Assembly (NCBI GenBank): GCA_965203805.1
Contig: OZ241917.1
Span: forward strand, 5,184,001-5,248,000
From: Candidatus Latescibacterota bacterium
GTDB lineage: Bacteria > Latescibacterota > UBA2968 > GCA-2709665
Reading direction: 5' to 3'
Length of the DNA stretch: 64,000 nucleotides
Every line of letters begins with the position of its first letter. Within the stretch, counting starts at the first letter, position 1. The notes below the pieces were generated by a model. That model ran no database searches and was not told the origin of the DNA. It worked only from the letters and a program-made list of their open reading frames with translations. The position numbers were made by a program, and so were the translations under genes. Of this stretch, positions 52,001 through 61,354 are shown one piece after another.

Positions 52001-52682
52001 CGACGGCGTTCCCGTGGCGTTCGACGCGGAGGTGGCGAGGATTGTCTTTCATGATTCCGGCGAACGCGAATTGCAGTTGCTGCAGGGCACACGGATGCGG
52101 CTTGGAGACGAGGTCCTCGAGTGCGGGGCGAACCCTGCCGGCCGGGTAGACGACGTCGATCCGGAGGACCGGTCGGTCATTCTGGTCATGGATTCCGGGG
52201 ACGGAATTCTCAGGGGAGATCTGATCGTGTTCAGCAACCCGGCCTATGCGTGCAATTCCAGCTACGAAGTTACCGCCGCTGAAGCGATGGACGGAAACCG
52301 GTTCAGGATAGGGTTAAGCATGTCCCTGAACCTGTCGGAAGGCGTTGTACGATCGGTAGACAGTGCGCGCGGTTTATTTGCGACGGACACATGCATGACC
52401 AAGCTGGAAGCGTGTCCGGGCGGACTGTTCGACGGGAAGGCGGTCCACTCGGCCGGCAGAGCCGTCGGCGCGATCGAGACGGCGGGGAAAGACATCCTCG
52501 GGCCGGAAGAACGGACATTTGCGAGCGGGACAGGCGGCGGGAGTGCGTCCTTGAACTATTTCAGGTACCAGGATCCGCGCTCGGCGTCGCGGATTGACGT
52601 GGGGGACCGGTTCCTGGTGTGCGACCTGAATGCGGGCGATCGCTTTGAGGTCATGCGATCGGTATTCAGGACCGTTGGGTGA
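49047..52682 (+). CDS. Heparinase II/III-like polysaccharide lyase with N-terminal discoidin-like domain
   Basis: GHGHRDKLSI, DLGYP and HATVCIDG motifs; SD AGGAGG. Confidence 0.75.
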   Translation: MENLALYMNGSRPYVSSISYNYHASRINDGIRPTEVASTSDTAWVSASEPLPQWAAVVFARAARVDRVVVYWGKGRMPESSRRIEVQGRVEGAWAAIAARDIPTPGLKTELVFDPVQIEAVRIWQDADGGPESTPGRMHVAQLEAYGDFVEDRAVDCLKIRDSLREEWERNFQASRREITREVLERIDRSSALRSLTGPVRVDEIARARRNRASTAWGRAQADRILNDASWWLDKDDEFIYRMIPTENPRAISPSYERGCPIHGGGRKCMRTNTALEYRWQCVIGGEWWYNGAVVQNPATGEPVEVRDDDDGWTAPEGFPDAGTVYHFNSAWRYYALTKLFFHPYELTIPSRDAYTGDTAILQLSRAYAITGDERYAHRAGVMLNRLAEVYRYCNGTVDEQRPLTRGYVVQVSWEEMLIYNCMSACDLVMDSMLKDEALLAFFRAKGDCDYNSDGRVDFEDIRYNIRHNLFGYMYEWLHRAMAIQTGDYIIREGLVLWALGEMLGNEELVDEAIEGRYGLAVNLTNNTFRDGKWWYDAPGYSVSSMTRTILDRLFSMKGTERLRDPRLRIRESIAFARNIYCDGRIPAIGDTGGGDSRMKVLDPLANCDVEELAYIHTGDDEYRSRLLALSEGDVDGARERYADANLLFHADAVAGTAAPHVPGTTLFHDSGIAILRTGSEVATRKHLVLNYGKGSGGHGHRDKLSINLIAFGYDLACDLGYPTTFTHKKVDGWEKHTASHATVCIDGRAQEIATGSLRFFGRTPGMQAVCASGERAYPECAGVYERTLVMVDAPGSDTYVFDLFRVRGGATHDYMFRSLSGDDGEGFSTEFPAGTKTVRQPGGTAAGEDVAFGTSPGPGYIKDVTRRFCSGTWSATWRAGDEDSTGIRLTMLGHSGREIINGKGEGFGFFGQSPWDACVAVRQSTEGGESIFTGVLEPFQGEPFVRSVVALDVSGGIGARVCLDGRTDYVYRRLKSGSVCTTAIDGVPVAFDAEVARIVFHDSGERELQLLQGTRMRLGDEVLECGANPAGRVDDVDPEDRSVILVMDSGDGILRGDLIVFSNPAYACNSSYEVTAAEAMDGNRFRIGLSMSLNLSEGVVRSVDSARGLFATDTCMTKLEACPGGLFDGKAVHSAGRAVGAIETAGKDILGPEERTFASGTGGGSASLNYFRYQDPRSASRIDVGDRFLVCDLNAGDRFEVMRSVFRTVG

Positions 52683-52690
52683 ACAATCAC

Positions 52691-52810
52691 AAAAAAAACG
52701 GCCATTACCAGAGGCCCCAAGGTAGTGGTATCTGCGGGCTGACGATCGACTGAACGATTCTCAGGTGCCGCTAAAGGTTGGCTACCTCTGGCGCCTGGGC
52801 AATGGCTTGC
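52691..52810 (-). ncRNA. Candidate ~120-nt structured non-coding RNA (rod with central bubble)
   Basis: Long imperfect hairpin 52701-52806, a U8 tract and a dedicated promoter directly upstream. Confidence 0.6.
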
Positions 52811-52815
52811 GTGAC

Positions 52816-52844
52816 AAGATAGATCCGGGCATCCGGGAAGTCAA
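52816..52844 (-). promoter_or_regulatory. Sigma70-type promoter of the candidate ncRNA
   Basis: TTGACT, 17-nt spacer, TATCTT on the minus strand. Confidence 0.65.
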
Positions 52845-52874
52845 CAGTAAATATCGGTTGTGATGTGCGTGGGA

Positions 52875-53501
52875 TCAGGCGGTCCGGATGCGGGCGATCA
52901 GGTCCCGGGTTGCGGCTTCGGGGTCGTCCCGGCAGCAGACCGCCGATATCACCGCGACGCCGTGTGCCCCCGACCGCACCACGTCTGCAGCGTTTTCCGC
53001 GCCGATGCCCCCGATGGCGATCACGGGCGCTTGCACGACTCGGGCGAAGTCAGCCAGCTTCTCCAGACCCTGCGCTTCGCCGGCATCGTTCTTGGAACCG
53101 GTGGGAAAAACAGGGCCGAATCCCACGTAGTCCGCGCCGTCCTCGATACCGCGGCGGGCTTCTTCGGGATTTCCGGCGGATACGCCGATGATCCGCCCGG
53201 CGCCCAGGATATTTCTGGCGAGCGAGACCGGGAAATCGTCCTGTCCGAGGTGTACGCCGTCGGCGTCCGCGGCGAGGGCGACGTCGACGCGGTCGTTGAC
53301 AATGAGGGGAACGCCCGACCGCGAACAGATATCCCGCATGGCGCGCGCGGTCTCGATCATGGCCCGGGTGTGTCCGGTTTTCTGCCGGTACTGCACGGTG
53401 TCCGCGCCGCCGCCGACGGCCATGCGTGCAAGGTCTGCATGGGAGTTACGGGTCTGCAGAACGGTATCTGTGAGGACGTGGAGCGCGCCGATTCGGTTCA
53501 T
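52875..53501 (-). CDS. thiE: Thiamine-phosphate synthase
   Basis: VQYRQK, IVNDRVDVA, GVHLGQDD, GPVFPTGSK, AIGGI. Confidence 0.93.
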   Translation of the reverse strand: MNRIGALHVLTDTVLQTRNSHADLARMAVGGGADTVQYRQKTGHTRAMIETARAMRDICSRSGVPLIVNDRVDVALAADADGVHLGQDDFPVSLARNILGAGRIIGVSAGNPEEARRGIEDGADYVGFGPVFPTGSKNDAGEAQGLEKLADFARVVQAPVIAIGGIGAENAADVVRSGAHGVAVISAVCCRDDPEAATRDLIARIRTA

Positions 53502-54295
53502 TGCCGGTCGTCGAGAAGGTAGAAGTGATGGGTGGGTCCGCGGCCCCCGCCAATGTCGAGTCCGCGGCGAATGGCTTCGGTTACGTACGTTTTGGCGTTT
53601 TCGACGGCGGATATGACGTCGCAGCCCTTGGCGAGGTTCGCCGCGACCGCGGCCGACAGGGTGCAACCCGTGCCGTGCGTGTTCCGGGCCGCAATTCGTC
53701 CTCGTGAAAAAACGGTGACTTCGGATCCGTCGTACATCACGTCCGCCGCGGAGTCGTTATCGCACAGATGCCCGCCTTTCACGAGCACGGCCCCGGGGCC
53801 GGCATCGAAGATGACGCGGGCAGCCGCCTTCGCTTGCTCCAGGGTCTCGACGGGCGCGCCCGCCAGAATCCGGGCTTCGCGCAAGTTGGGCGTGACGAGC
53901 GCGGCCAGGGGAAGGAGCCGTTCTCTAAGGCTGCGAACGGCTTCGGGTTCAAGCAGGTCGACGCCGCTGGAGGAGACCATCACCGGGTCGACGACGACGT
54001 TGGGCGCGCGAGATTCGGCGAGTCTGTCGGCGACGACGTCGACCACCCGTTCCGAAGACAGCATCCCGGTCTTCACCGCGGAAACGTCGAAGTCATCGAA
54101 CACCGCGTCAATCTGGGATTCGATGAGGTCTGCCGGCAGTTCGAACGTCTGCCTGACCTCTCTCGTGTTCTGTGCGGTTACCGCTGTGACAACCGATAGG
54201 CCGTAGACGCCGTTGGCGTGAAAGGACTTGAGGTCGGCCTGGATACCCGCGCCGCCGCCCGGGTCGGAACCGGCAATGGTGAGGACCTGTTTCAT
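53498..54295 (-). CDS. thiD: Hydroxymethylpyrimidine/phosphomethylpyrimidine kinase
   Basis: [34 protein letters not shown]. Confidence 0.96.
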   Translation of the reverse strand: MKQVLTIAGSDPGGGAGIQADLKSFHANGVYGLSVVTAVTAQNTREVRQTFELPADLIESQIDAVFDDFDVSAVKTGMLSSERVVDVVADRLAESRAPNVVVDPVMVSSSGVDLLEPEAVRSLRERLLPLAALVTPNLREARILAGAPVETLEQAKAAARVIFDAGPGAVLVKGGHLCDNDSAADVMYDGSEVTVFSRGRIAARNTHGTGCTLSAAVAANLAKGCDVISAVENAKTYVTEAIRRGLDIGGGRGPTHHFYLLDDRQ

Positions 54296-54957
54296 GGGGG
54301 CTGCGGATGGGGTTGGCCGGGTTCGGACGCCCAGGCCTTGATATAGCCGGTCACGGCTGACGGGATATCGTCCGCGGCGAGGATTCCCGACATAACGGCA
54401 ACGCCCGCGGCGCCGTTTTCCTTGCATGCGGCGACGCGTCCGGGTGTGATACCGCCCAGGGCGTATACGGGAAGGGACGAGCATTCCGTGGCGCGGCGCA
54501 GGGCGGCGGCCCCCGCGCCGGGACCGTATCCCGGTTTCGAACCCGGACGGTAGATTGGGCCGAAAGTGATAAAATCGGCGCCGTCGGAATCCTTGCATTC
54601 CTCCCGGTTGTGGGTTGAACGGCCGATGAGCAGGCGGTTTCCATATTGCTGTCGAATCCTCGACGGGGCGGGTCCGTATGCCGGAAGATGGACGCCGGCC
54701 GCGCCGATGTCCCGTGCGAGCCGGGCATGCGTGTTGACGAGCATGAGCGCGCCATATTTCTCAACGCGTCTATGGAGGCGTGACGCCAGCCCCCGGAGTT
54801 CGCGCGACTCGAGGTGTTTTTCCCTCAGCTGGATGAGGCGGACACCGGCATCCAGCGCCTCGGCGAGAGCGTCCTCCAGTTCGCCGGGCGCGCACGTTGC
54901 CCGGTCCGCAATCAGATAGAGGGAGGGCAGGTTCTTCGCGCGCGTTGTCTCATTCAT
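54292..54957 (-). CDS. ThiE paralogue / TenI-like thiazole tautomerase
   Basis: IQLREK, GVHLP (not GVHLGQ), RSTH, ALGGI. Confidence 0.75.
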   Translation of the reverse strand: MNETTRAKNLPSLYLIADRATCAPGELEDALAEALDAGVRLIQLREKHLESRELRGLASRLHRRVEKYGALMLVNTHARLARDIGAAGVHLPAYGPAPSRIRQQYGNRLLIGRSTHNREECKDSDGADFITFGPIYRPGSKPGYGPGAGAAALRRATECSSLPVYALGGITPGRVAACKENGAAGVAVMSGILAADDIPSAVTGYIKAWASEPGQPHPQPP

Positions 54958-55729
54958 GGCCGACCACGCCCTCCATTGACGTGGAAGCCGTGGCGTAGAG
55001 CTTTTGGGGGATGCGTCCGGCCTCGTACGCAAGCCGGCCCGCGCGGACGGCCTGACCCATGGCTTCCGCCATCAGCACGGGGCGGCGGGCGCCTGCCACG
55101 GCCGTATTCAGCATCACGCCGTCGCAGCCGAGCTCCATCGCCTCGGCGGCGTCGGAGGCAGTGCCCACCCCGGCGTCGACGATAACGGGGAGGTCGACCG
55201 TGTCCAGGATGATGCGGAGATTGTAAGGGTTGCGAATGCCCATTCCGGAGCCGATAGGCGCGCCGAGGGGCATGATAGCGGCACAGCCGGCGTCTTCCAG
55301 CTTCTTGCAGGTTACGGGGTCGTCGTTGCAGTAGGGCAACACCGTGAATCCGTCCCGAATCAATTCGTTCGCCGCTTCCAGCAATCCGGCAACGTCCGGG
55401 AAGAGAGTGTTCTCGTCTCCGATGACCTCCAGCTTGATCAGGTCGGTTTTCAAGGCTTCGCGCGCGAGCCTGGCCGTGAGCACGGCGTCCCGGGCGGTGA
55501 AACACCCCGCGGTGTTTGGCAGCAGCGTGAACCGGTTGCGGTCGATCAGATCGATCAGGTTCTCGCCGGAGGGATCGTTCAGGTTGATGCGGCGGATGCC
55601 GACGGTCACGATATCGGCCCCGCTGGCGCGAATGGCGTCCAGCATAACCTGCATGTTGGGGTACCGCGCGGTCCCTATAATCAGCCGGGAAGCGTAGGTC
55701 GCGCCGGCAATGGTCAGGCCGTCAGACAT
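54950..55729 (-). CDS. thiG: Thiazole synthase
   Basis: [35 protein letters not shown]. Confidence 0.97.
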   Translation of the reverse strand: MSDGLTIAGATYASRLIIGTARYPNMQVMLDAIRASGADIVTVGIRRINLNDPSGENLIDLIDRNRFTLLPNTAGCFTARDAVLTARLAREALKTDLIKLEVIGDENTLFPDVAGLLEAANELIRDGFTVLPYCNDDPVTCKKLEDAGCAAIMPLGAPIGSGMGIRNPYNLRIILDTVDLPVIVDAGVGTASDAAEAMELGCDGVMLNTAVAGARRPVLMAEAMGQAVRAGRLAYEAGRIPQKLYATASTSMEGVVGHE

Positions 55730-55782
55730 ATTTCCCTCGTTGAATCGCGTCTCGGACACGCGGGCGTCCTGCTGTCTTGCAA

Positions 55783-55989
55783 CTATCCGCCCTGGACCGC
55801 GGCGATGATGTCCACCCTGTCGCCGCTGCCGAGCCGCTTTGAAATCCACTCCGCCCGGGTCACGATTTCGGCATTGACGGCAACCGCGATGCCTTTGCGG
55901 TCCGGATCATGAGACAGGTCGATCAGCAGGTCCCGGATGGAGATGCCGCAGTCGACGGTCCTGTTTTCTCCGTTCAACGTGATCTGCAT
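55783..55989 (-). CDS. thiS: Sulfur carrier protein
   Basis: MQITLNGE...IAVAVN...VQGG C-terminus. Confidence 0.95.
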   Translation of the reverse strand: MQITLNGENRTVDCGISIRDLLIDLSHDPDRKGIAVAVNAEIVTRAEWISKRLGSGDRVDIIAAVQGG

Positions 55990-56000
55990 GGCGTCTTGTT

Positions 56001-57137
56001 TCAGGCGGTGAATCGGTAGATGCCGAACGGTCGGATTTCCTCCGGCGTGTTTCCGGTGAGCACAAGTTCGGCGATGGCACAGGCGGTGACGGGCGCCAGC
56101 AGGATGCCCTTGCGATAATGGCCCGTGGCCATGATAAGGCCGTCGACCGGCGTTTTTCCGAGGATGGGCGCGTCGTCCCGACTGCCCGGCCGAAGTCCGG
56201 CGGCGGTTTCGGCGATCGGCAGGTCGTAAATCCCGGGAACGACCTCCCAGGCCGCGCGCAGGAGTTCGAAAATGCCGCCGGCCGTCAGGCTGCTGTCGTA
56301 ACCCATTTCTTCGGATGTGGCCCCCAAGACGAGGCGACCTCGATCTTTCGGACACAGGTAGGCAACGGCCGATGACGCGGTGCGGTTGTACCAGACGATG
56401 GTTTTCAGGGTGCAGTCGTCGGTCATCTGCAGCCGGAGGATCTGGCCGCGGACAGGTCGCACCGGTGGTTTTGCGGCATCCGGCAGACCCGGAATGAGCC
56501 GCGACCAGCAGCCCGCCGCCAGAATGACCGCAGCCGCAGGGTACGATTCTTCGCCGGCCACAACGCCTTCGACCCGGTTCCGGGCAATGCCGATGTTCTC
56601 GACCGGCGTGGATTCCACGAGGGATCCGCCGGCCCTCAGGAATGCCCGCCGCAGGGCCTGTACCAGCCGCCGGTTGTCCACCTGGTGGTCTCCAGGGCAC
56701 CAGACCGCGGCGCCGACCTGTGGCGAGAGTTGCGGCTCCCGCGCACGTGCCTCGACGCCGTTCAGCCATTCCACGGGCAGGCCGAGGCCCTGCTGGTAGT
56801 CGTAGCGGAAACGCAGGTATTCGATGTCGTCGCGGGTGACGCCCACGAGAAGGACGCCGTCGGGGCGATAGCCCACGCGCATCCCGCTCTCGGACTCGAG
56901 TTCCGACGCAAAGTCCGGGAATCGCTCGAGACTCTTCAGGCCAAGCCGAAGGAGCCCCTCCTCTTCGTGTCGCACCTCCGCCAGCGGCGTGAGCATACCG
57001 GCGGAAGCCCGGCTGGCGGCCTGACCCGCGCGGTCCCGATCGAAGATCAGGACGTCCCGTCCCGCCCTGGCGAGTCGCCAGCCGATGCCGAGTCCGATAA
57101 CGCCCGCGCCGACGATAATGATCCGGTCCGATGCCAA
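56001..57137 (-). CDS. thiO: Glycine oxidase
   Basis: IVGAGVIG, ASAGML, PVRGQ, GHYRKGILLAP. TTG start after the riboswitch terminator. Confidence 0.93.
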   Translation of the reverse strand: MASDRIIIVGAGVIGLGIGWRLARAGRDVLIFDRDRAGQAASRASAGMLTPLAEVRHEEEGLLRLGLKSLERFPDFASELESESGMRVGYRPDGVLLVGVTRDDIEYLRFRYDYQQGLGLPVEWLNGVEARAREPQLSPQVGAAVWCPGDHQVDNRRLVQALRRAFLRAGGSLVESTPVENIGIARNRVEGVVAGEESYPAAAVILAAGCWSRLIPGLPDAAKPPVRPVRGQILRLQMTDDCTLKTIVWYNRTASSAVAYLCPKDRGRLVLGATSEEMGYDSSLTAGGIFELLRAAWEVVPGIYDLPIAETAAGLRPGSRDDAPILGKTPVDGLIMATGHYRKGILLAPVTACAIAELVLTGNTPEEIRPFGIYRFTA

Positions 57138-57150
57138 CGGATACAGTCCC

Positions 57151-57280
57151 AAAAAAGCCGCCGCCCTCGAACAGGTCGAAAAGCGGCTGGGGTGCGGTTC
57201 CTGGACTCCCTGCGCCGGCATAATCCGGATCAGGTTCAAAGGGTATGTTCTCAGCTCGGCGGGCGAGCACCCCTGCGTTG
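57151..57280 (-). promoter_or_regulatory. TPP riboswitch with transcription-terminator expression platform
   Basis: GGGGTGC...GCTGAGAACATACCCTTTGAACCTGATCCGGATTATGCCGGCGCAGGGA, followed by hairpin AGCCGC...GCGGCTTTTTT. Confidence 0.95.
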
Positions 57281-57289
57281 TTATGCGTT

Positions 57290-57318
57290 AAGATAGCGGT
57301 TCGGCCGCCCTCCGTCAA
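57290..57318 (-). promoter_or_regulatory. Sigma70-type promoter of the thi operon
   Basis: TTGACG, 17-nt spacer, TATCTT. Confidence 0.65.
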
Positions 57319-57360
57319 GCGATTCCGCTTGACATCGATGGATGATTGATTATTAAAGGC

Positions 57361-57599
57361 GGTGAGACGGGAGAGGGTGGACGGGAGACGATATGAGTGC
57401 CTTATGGTTTTTCCGGTCGTAACGATAACGAAAAAAAACTGGCACGGTTAATGTCGAAACACTGTGGAAACGCCTTCCTCTACCGTCTTGCGTCTCACGT
57501 CTCACCGGTTTTTTTGCCCGTGCGGTTTCAGTTCTTGCCGGAGGCATTAACGAAGAAGCAATCGGGAACGGACGTCATCTGCCGTCTCACGTCTAACCG
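57361..57599. repeat. Heptamer-flanked intergenic repeat, copy 2 (compound)
   Basis: GTGAGACGGGAGA...CGTCTTGCGTCTCACGTCTCAC, followed by the core shared with 34270-34396. Confidence 0.7.
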
Positions 57600-57615
57600 A
57601 ATTTAAGGGGGTTAT

Positions 57616-58812
57616 GTGGCTGATTTCACACTGAGGGTTCACGCCGGGCCGCACCGGCGAATCAACTGTCCGGTTTCCATAATTGTAGCCGGAACTGAAA
57701 GGACGCAACCTGTTCTCGATCGTCTGGATCGGAACGGGTCCGGTGCGGGGATTGGAAATCTGGTTGGCAGGAACGGCAGTATCCCCTGCCAGGTGCATCG
57801 TGAGGGGGACGGCTTCCGGTTCAGTTGGATCGTGGACGATCTGCCCGAGGGGGAAACGGCGGACTTTGGCCTGGAAGCAGGCGGACACGCGTCGTCCGGC
57901 GGCGGGGTCGAACTGTCCGAAGCCGGTGATCGCGTCCAGGTGCGGATCGACGGTACCCAGTTCACGAGTTATTGCTTCGGAAAGGACCTCGTCAGACCGC
58001 ACCTTTACCCGGTCATCGGGCCGTACGGGGACGGGATCACGCGACCCCTGATCGACGAGGGAGAAGGCGACCATCACCACCACCGCTCCGTCTGGATTTC
58101 GCACGGCCACGTCAACGGATGGAACAACTGGGGTGAAGGCGAGGGACACGCGTGGACCCGCCATCAGCGATTCGACGGCCTGGAAAGCGGCCCGGTCTGC
58201 GGCCGGATCGTATCGGTCAGCAACTGGGAGGGCGCCGATGCATGGCGCGGCGAGCATGGGTCCAACGTAATCTGCGAGGAACGGGCGGAGTGGACATTCT
58301 ACCGGACCGGACCGGACGTGCGGATCTTCGACCTGCGCCTTACGCTGACCGCGCCGAAGATCGACGTCCTCTTCGGCGACACGAAGGAAGGCGGCCTGGC
58401 GTCGATCAGGGTGGCCGAATCCATGGAAGTTCGGTCCGGTGAGGGCGGAAAAATCGAAAACGCGACTGGGGGTGTCAACGAGGACGAAACATGGGGCAAG
58501 CGAGCCGCGTGGTGCCACTATACCGGGCCGGTGAACGGCAACCGCGTGGGCGTAGCCATCATGGACCATCCCGACAGTTTCCGGCATCCCGTATACTGGC
58601 ACGTACGCAATTACGGCCTGATGACGGCCAATCCGTTCGGTCATTCGCATTTTTACGCCGACCCGGAACGGCGAGGGAACCACGTACTCCCGCCCGGCGA
58701 GTCGATCACCGGCCGTTACAGGTTCTACGTGCACAAAGGAGACGCGGCCGAGGGTCGGATCACCGACCGTTATCACGATTTCGCCTACCCTCCGACGGTG
58801 GAGGTCGCGTAG
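57616..58812 (+). CDS. PmoA-like/DUF6807 family protein (carbohydrate-related beta-sandwich, not a methane monooxygenase)
   Basis: RPHLYPV, DHHHHRSVW, FGDTKEGG, WHVRNYGLMTANPFG. Confidence 0.75.
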   Translation: MADFTLRVHAGPHRRINCPVSIIVAGTERTQPVLDRLDRNGSGAGIGNLVGRNGSIPCQVHREGDGFRFSWIVDDLPEGETADFGLEAGGHASSGGGVELSEAGDRVQVRIDGTQFTSYCFGKDLVRPHLYPVIGPYGDGITRPLIDEGEGDHHHHRSVWISHGHVNGWNNWGEGEGHAWTRHQRFDGLESGPVCGRIVSVSNWEGADAWRGEHGSNVICEERAEWTFYRTGPDVRIFDLRLTLTAPKIDVLFGDTKEGGLASIRVAESMEVRSGEGGKIENATGGVNEDETWGKRAAWCHYTGPVNGNRVGVAIMDHPDSFRHPVYWHVRNYGLMTANPFGHSHFYADPERRGNHVLPPGESITGRYRFYVHKGDAAEGRITDRYHDFAYPPTVEVA

Positions 58813-58858
58813 GCAACCTCCGCATGGCGCCGACTCGCGGAAGGCCGGGGACTTTCCG

Positions 58859-60298
58859 ATGGCCGATTCCTTCGAGCGACCACACATCGTCTTCATAACG
58901 ACGGACCAGCAGCGCGGCGACTGCACCGGGATCGACGGCCACCCGATTCTGGAAACGCCTCACCTGGACCAGCTTGCGAACGAGGGCGTCTATTTTTCGA
59001 AAGCGTACTCTCCCTGTCCCGTTTGCGTGCCCGCGCGCATGGTGATGATGACGGGCCAGTCTCCGTACGATACCGGATTCTTCACCAACTCGAGCAAAGC
59101 GATTGGAACGACCGAAACCCTGCCCCGGATTCTGGGCGGCCTGGGGTACCAGACGCAGCTGATCGGCAAGGCGCATTTCAGTCCCCAGCGGGCAAGGCTG
59201 GGGTTCGACAATACGATCATCAACGAGTCCGGCCGGTACCGCGACGGCGACGATTATCACCGGTGGTTGAAGAAGACGCCCTACGCGGGTCTCGAGCGGG
59301 CGACGAGCATCGGGAACAACGACGTGTTCTCCAGAAGGTCGGTCGTGCCCGAGACCCATCACGTGAACACGTGGACGGCGAACGAGTGTATCGAGTTTCT
59401 GGACAGGCGGGATCCCACCTGTCCCTTTTTTCTGTGGATGTCTTTCAGCCGGCCGCATTCACAGTACGATCCGCCCGCGCCGTACGACACCTGGTACGAT
59501 CCGGCCGACGTGCCGCCGCCCATTCGCGCCCCCGGCGACGGTTTTCTTCCACCGGAACTGCAGGAGGCGCCGCTGCGTTTCGACTGGGACCGCATGTCAC
59601 CCGCGCGGGTCGCCCGCGCGCGAGGGCACTATCTGGGGCAGATTACGCATATCGACCATCAGATCGGGCGGTTTCTGGCCGCGCTCCGGTGGAAGGGGTT
59701 GTGGGACGACACGCTGGTGGTTTTTGCCTCGGACCACGGCGACATGATGGGAGACTACGGGCTTTTCTTTAAATCTCATTTTTTCGAGGGTTCCGGTCGC
59801 GTTCCACTGATTCTGCGGCCCCCGAGAGGCAGGCAGGGCGCGATACCGGCGCAGCGGTATGACAAGCCCGTGTCGCTCGTCGACGTGCTGCCCACGCTGG
59901 TCTCGGCGGCGGGCGGCGCCGTTCCCGGGCAGGCGGACGGGGTGTCGCTTCTGCCGGCGCTGGACGGCGAAGACCCGGTCGGCGACCGGATATTTCACGG
60001 GGAAATCGGCGCGGCGCCGCGGCGCCACCACTGCCTGACGGACGGGCGGTACAAATATATGTGGTTCCGGCTGGGGGGCCGGGAATACCTGTTCGACCTG
60101 AAGGAAGACCCCGGCGAAGTGAGCAATCTCGCGGGTGATGAGGCCCGGGCTGCCGTGTGGAGAAACCGGTTGATCGAACTGTTGCTGGCGCGCGGCGATT
60201 CGGCCGTGAAGGACGGGGCGCTGGTGGCCACGCCGTACAGACCAACGCCGGAGGCGGAACTGCGGGCGATGGATCCGTTCGGCCGAAGGCCGCATTAA
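58859..60298 (+). CDS. Sulfatase (Cys-type)
   Basis: TDQQRGD, CVPAR (CxPxR), GKAH, PHSQY, SDHGD. Confidence 0.93.
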   Translation: MADSFERPHIVFITTDQQRGDCTGIDGHPILETPHLDQLANEGVYFSKAYSPCPVCVPARMVMMTGQSPYDTGFFTNSSKAIGTTETLPRILGGLGYQTQLIGKAHFSPQRARLGFDNTIINESGRYRDGDDYHRWLKKTPYAGLERATSIGNNDVFSRRSVVPETHHVNTWTANECIEFLDRRDPTCPFFLWMSFSRPHSQYDPPAPYDTWYDPADVPPPIRAPGDGFLPPELQEAPLRFDWDRMSPARVARARGHYLGQITHIDHQIGRFLAALRWKGLWDDTLVVFASDHGDMMGDYGLFFKSHFFEGSGRVPLILRPPRGRQGAIPAQRYDKPVSLVDVLPTLVSAAGGAVPGQADGVSLLPALDGEDPVGDRIFHGEIGAAPRRHHCLTDGRYKYMWFRLGGREYLFDLKEDPGEVSNLAGDEARAAVWRNRLIELLLARGDSAVKDGALVATPYRPTPEAELRAMDPFGRRPH

Positions 60299-60370
60299 TC
60301 TGGTTCATTCGAAAACATGGACCTATACAGGGTGTACCCTACAATTTACATTATTTCACAACATTGCCCT

Positions 60371-60418
60371 GTCACCCTGAGCCGCTCCCTGAGCTTGTCG
60401 AAAGGTCGGCGAAGGGTC
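60371..60418. repeat. REP-like repeat (same family as 1-330)
   Basis: GTCACCCTGAGCCGCTCCCTGAGCTTGTCGAA; the reverse complement matches 18-37 at 19/20. Confidence 0.6.
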
Positions 60419-60514
60419 GAAAAGTCACGGAAACGCGGGCGCAACACCGTGGCCCGCGGGTAACTGCATCCGAAATCGGGTTTAATCGGGTGTGCGGAAA
60501 GAGGTTGGATCTCT

Positions 60515-60997
60515 GTGGCTGAATCTATTGAAGAACGTCTGGGCGGTCTGCTGGTTGACCGGGGCTGGACCCTTTCGGTCGCTGAAACGACGGCGGGCGG
60601 ACTGATTTGCGCGCGCATCGTGGGTGTGCCCGGCAGTTCGGCTTGGTTCGAACGCGGCGTGGTGGCTTACAGCACACAAAGCAAGATTCAATGGTTGGGC
60701 GTTCAGGATTCCTTGCTGGAGCGCCACGGTACCGTGAGCGGGGAGGTGGCTTCGGCCATGGCCGCGGGCGTGGGCAGGGCGGGCCGGTCCACTTTGGGGC
60801 TGGCCGAGACCGGCATCGCCGGGCCGATTCGGGGACGGTCGCCCAAGCCGTTGGGTACCGCGTATATCGCGCTGTGGACGCCGGAAGGGACCAGATGCCA
60901 ACGCTTCGCGTTTGAGGGGGACCGGAGCAGGATTCGCGAACGGATTGCCGAGCAGGCCCTGGTGACGGCAGCGAGTTTTGTGCAAGATGCGGCTTGA
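60515..60997 (+). CDS. pncC: CinA C-terminal / NMN amidohydrolase
   Basis: AETTAGG, GSSAWF..GVVAYS..SK, TGIAGP. Confidence 0.85.
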   Translation: MAESIEERLGGLLVDRGWTLSVAETTAGGLICARIVGVPGSSAWFERGVVAYSTQSKIQWLGVQDSLLERHGTVSGEVASAMAAGVGRAGRSTLGLAETGIAGPIRGRSPKPLGTAYIALWTPEGTRCQRFAFEGDRSRIRERIAEQALVTAASFVQDAA

Positions 60998-61069
60998 CAC
61001 CGGCTGTTCATTGACATACATTGACACCCTGACCTGACGCGGGTCTCCTGACTTCAATCCGGAGGTTGC

Positions 61070-61354
61070 ATGGCAAAAGAGGAAAAGGTCTCACTCGAAG
61101 GAACCGTCACGGATACCCTTCCCGACGGGCAGTACATGGTGGAAGTGGAGGGCGGACATCAGATTCTGGGTTATACGTCGGGCAAGATGCGGCGGTTCAA
61201 TATCCGGGTTCTGGTGGGCGACCGCGTAACAATCGAGACCTCGCCTTACGATCTGAATCGGGGGCGCATCGTGTGGCTGCACCGGTTGCCCCCGCCCGAC
61301 GATGCCGGCGGAAAGCGCCGAGGCGGCGGTAACCGACCCAGGCGTCGGCGATAG
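61070..61354 (+). CDS. infA: Translation initiation factor IF-1 with Arg/Gly-rich tail
   Basis: SGKMRRFNIRVLVGDRV..E.SPYDL.RGRI; SD GGAGG. Confidence 0.93.
   Translation: MAKEEKVSLEGTVTDTLPDGQYMVEVEGGHQILGYTSGKMRRFNIRVLVGDRVTIETSPYDLNRGRIVWLHRLPPPDDAGGKRRGGGNRPRRRR

Noticed and set aside
55783-57318. 511-aa ORF ending in ThiS (apparent fusion)
   Set aside because: The upstream part overlaps thiO and the riboswitch in another frame. Real thiS starts at 55989.
57616-58812. Particulate methane monooxygenase PmoA
   Set aside because: Soluble protein with no TM helices and no pmoB/pmoC; the family name is a misnomer.
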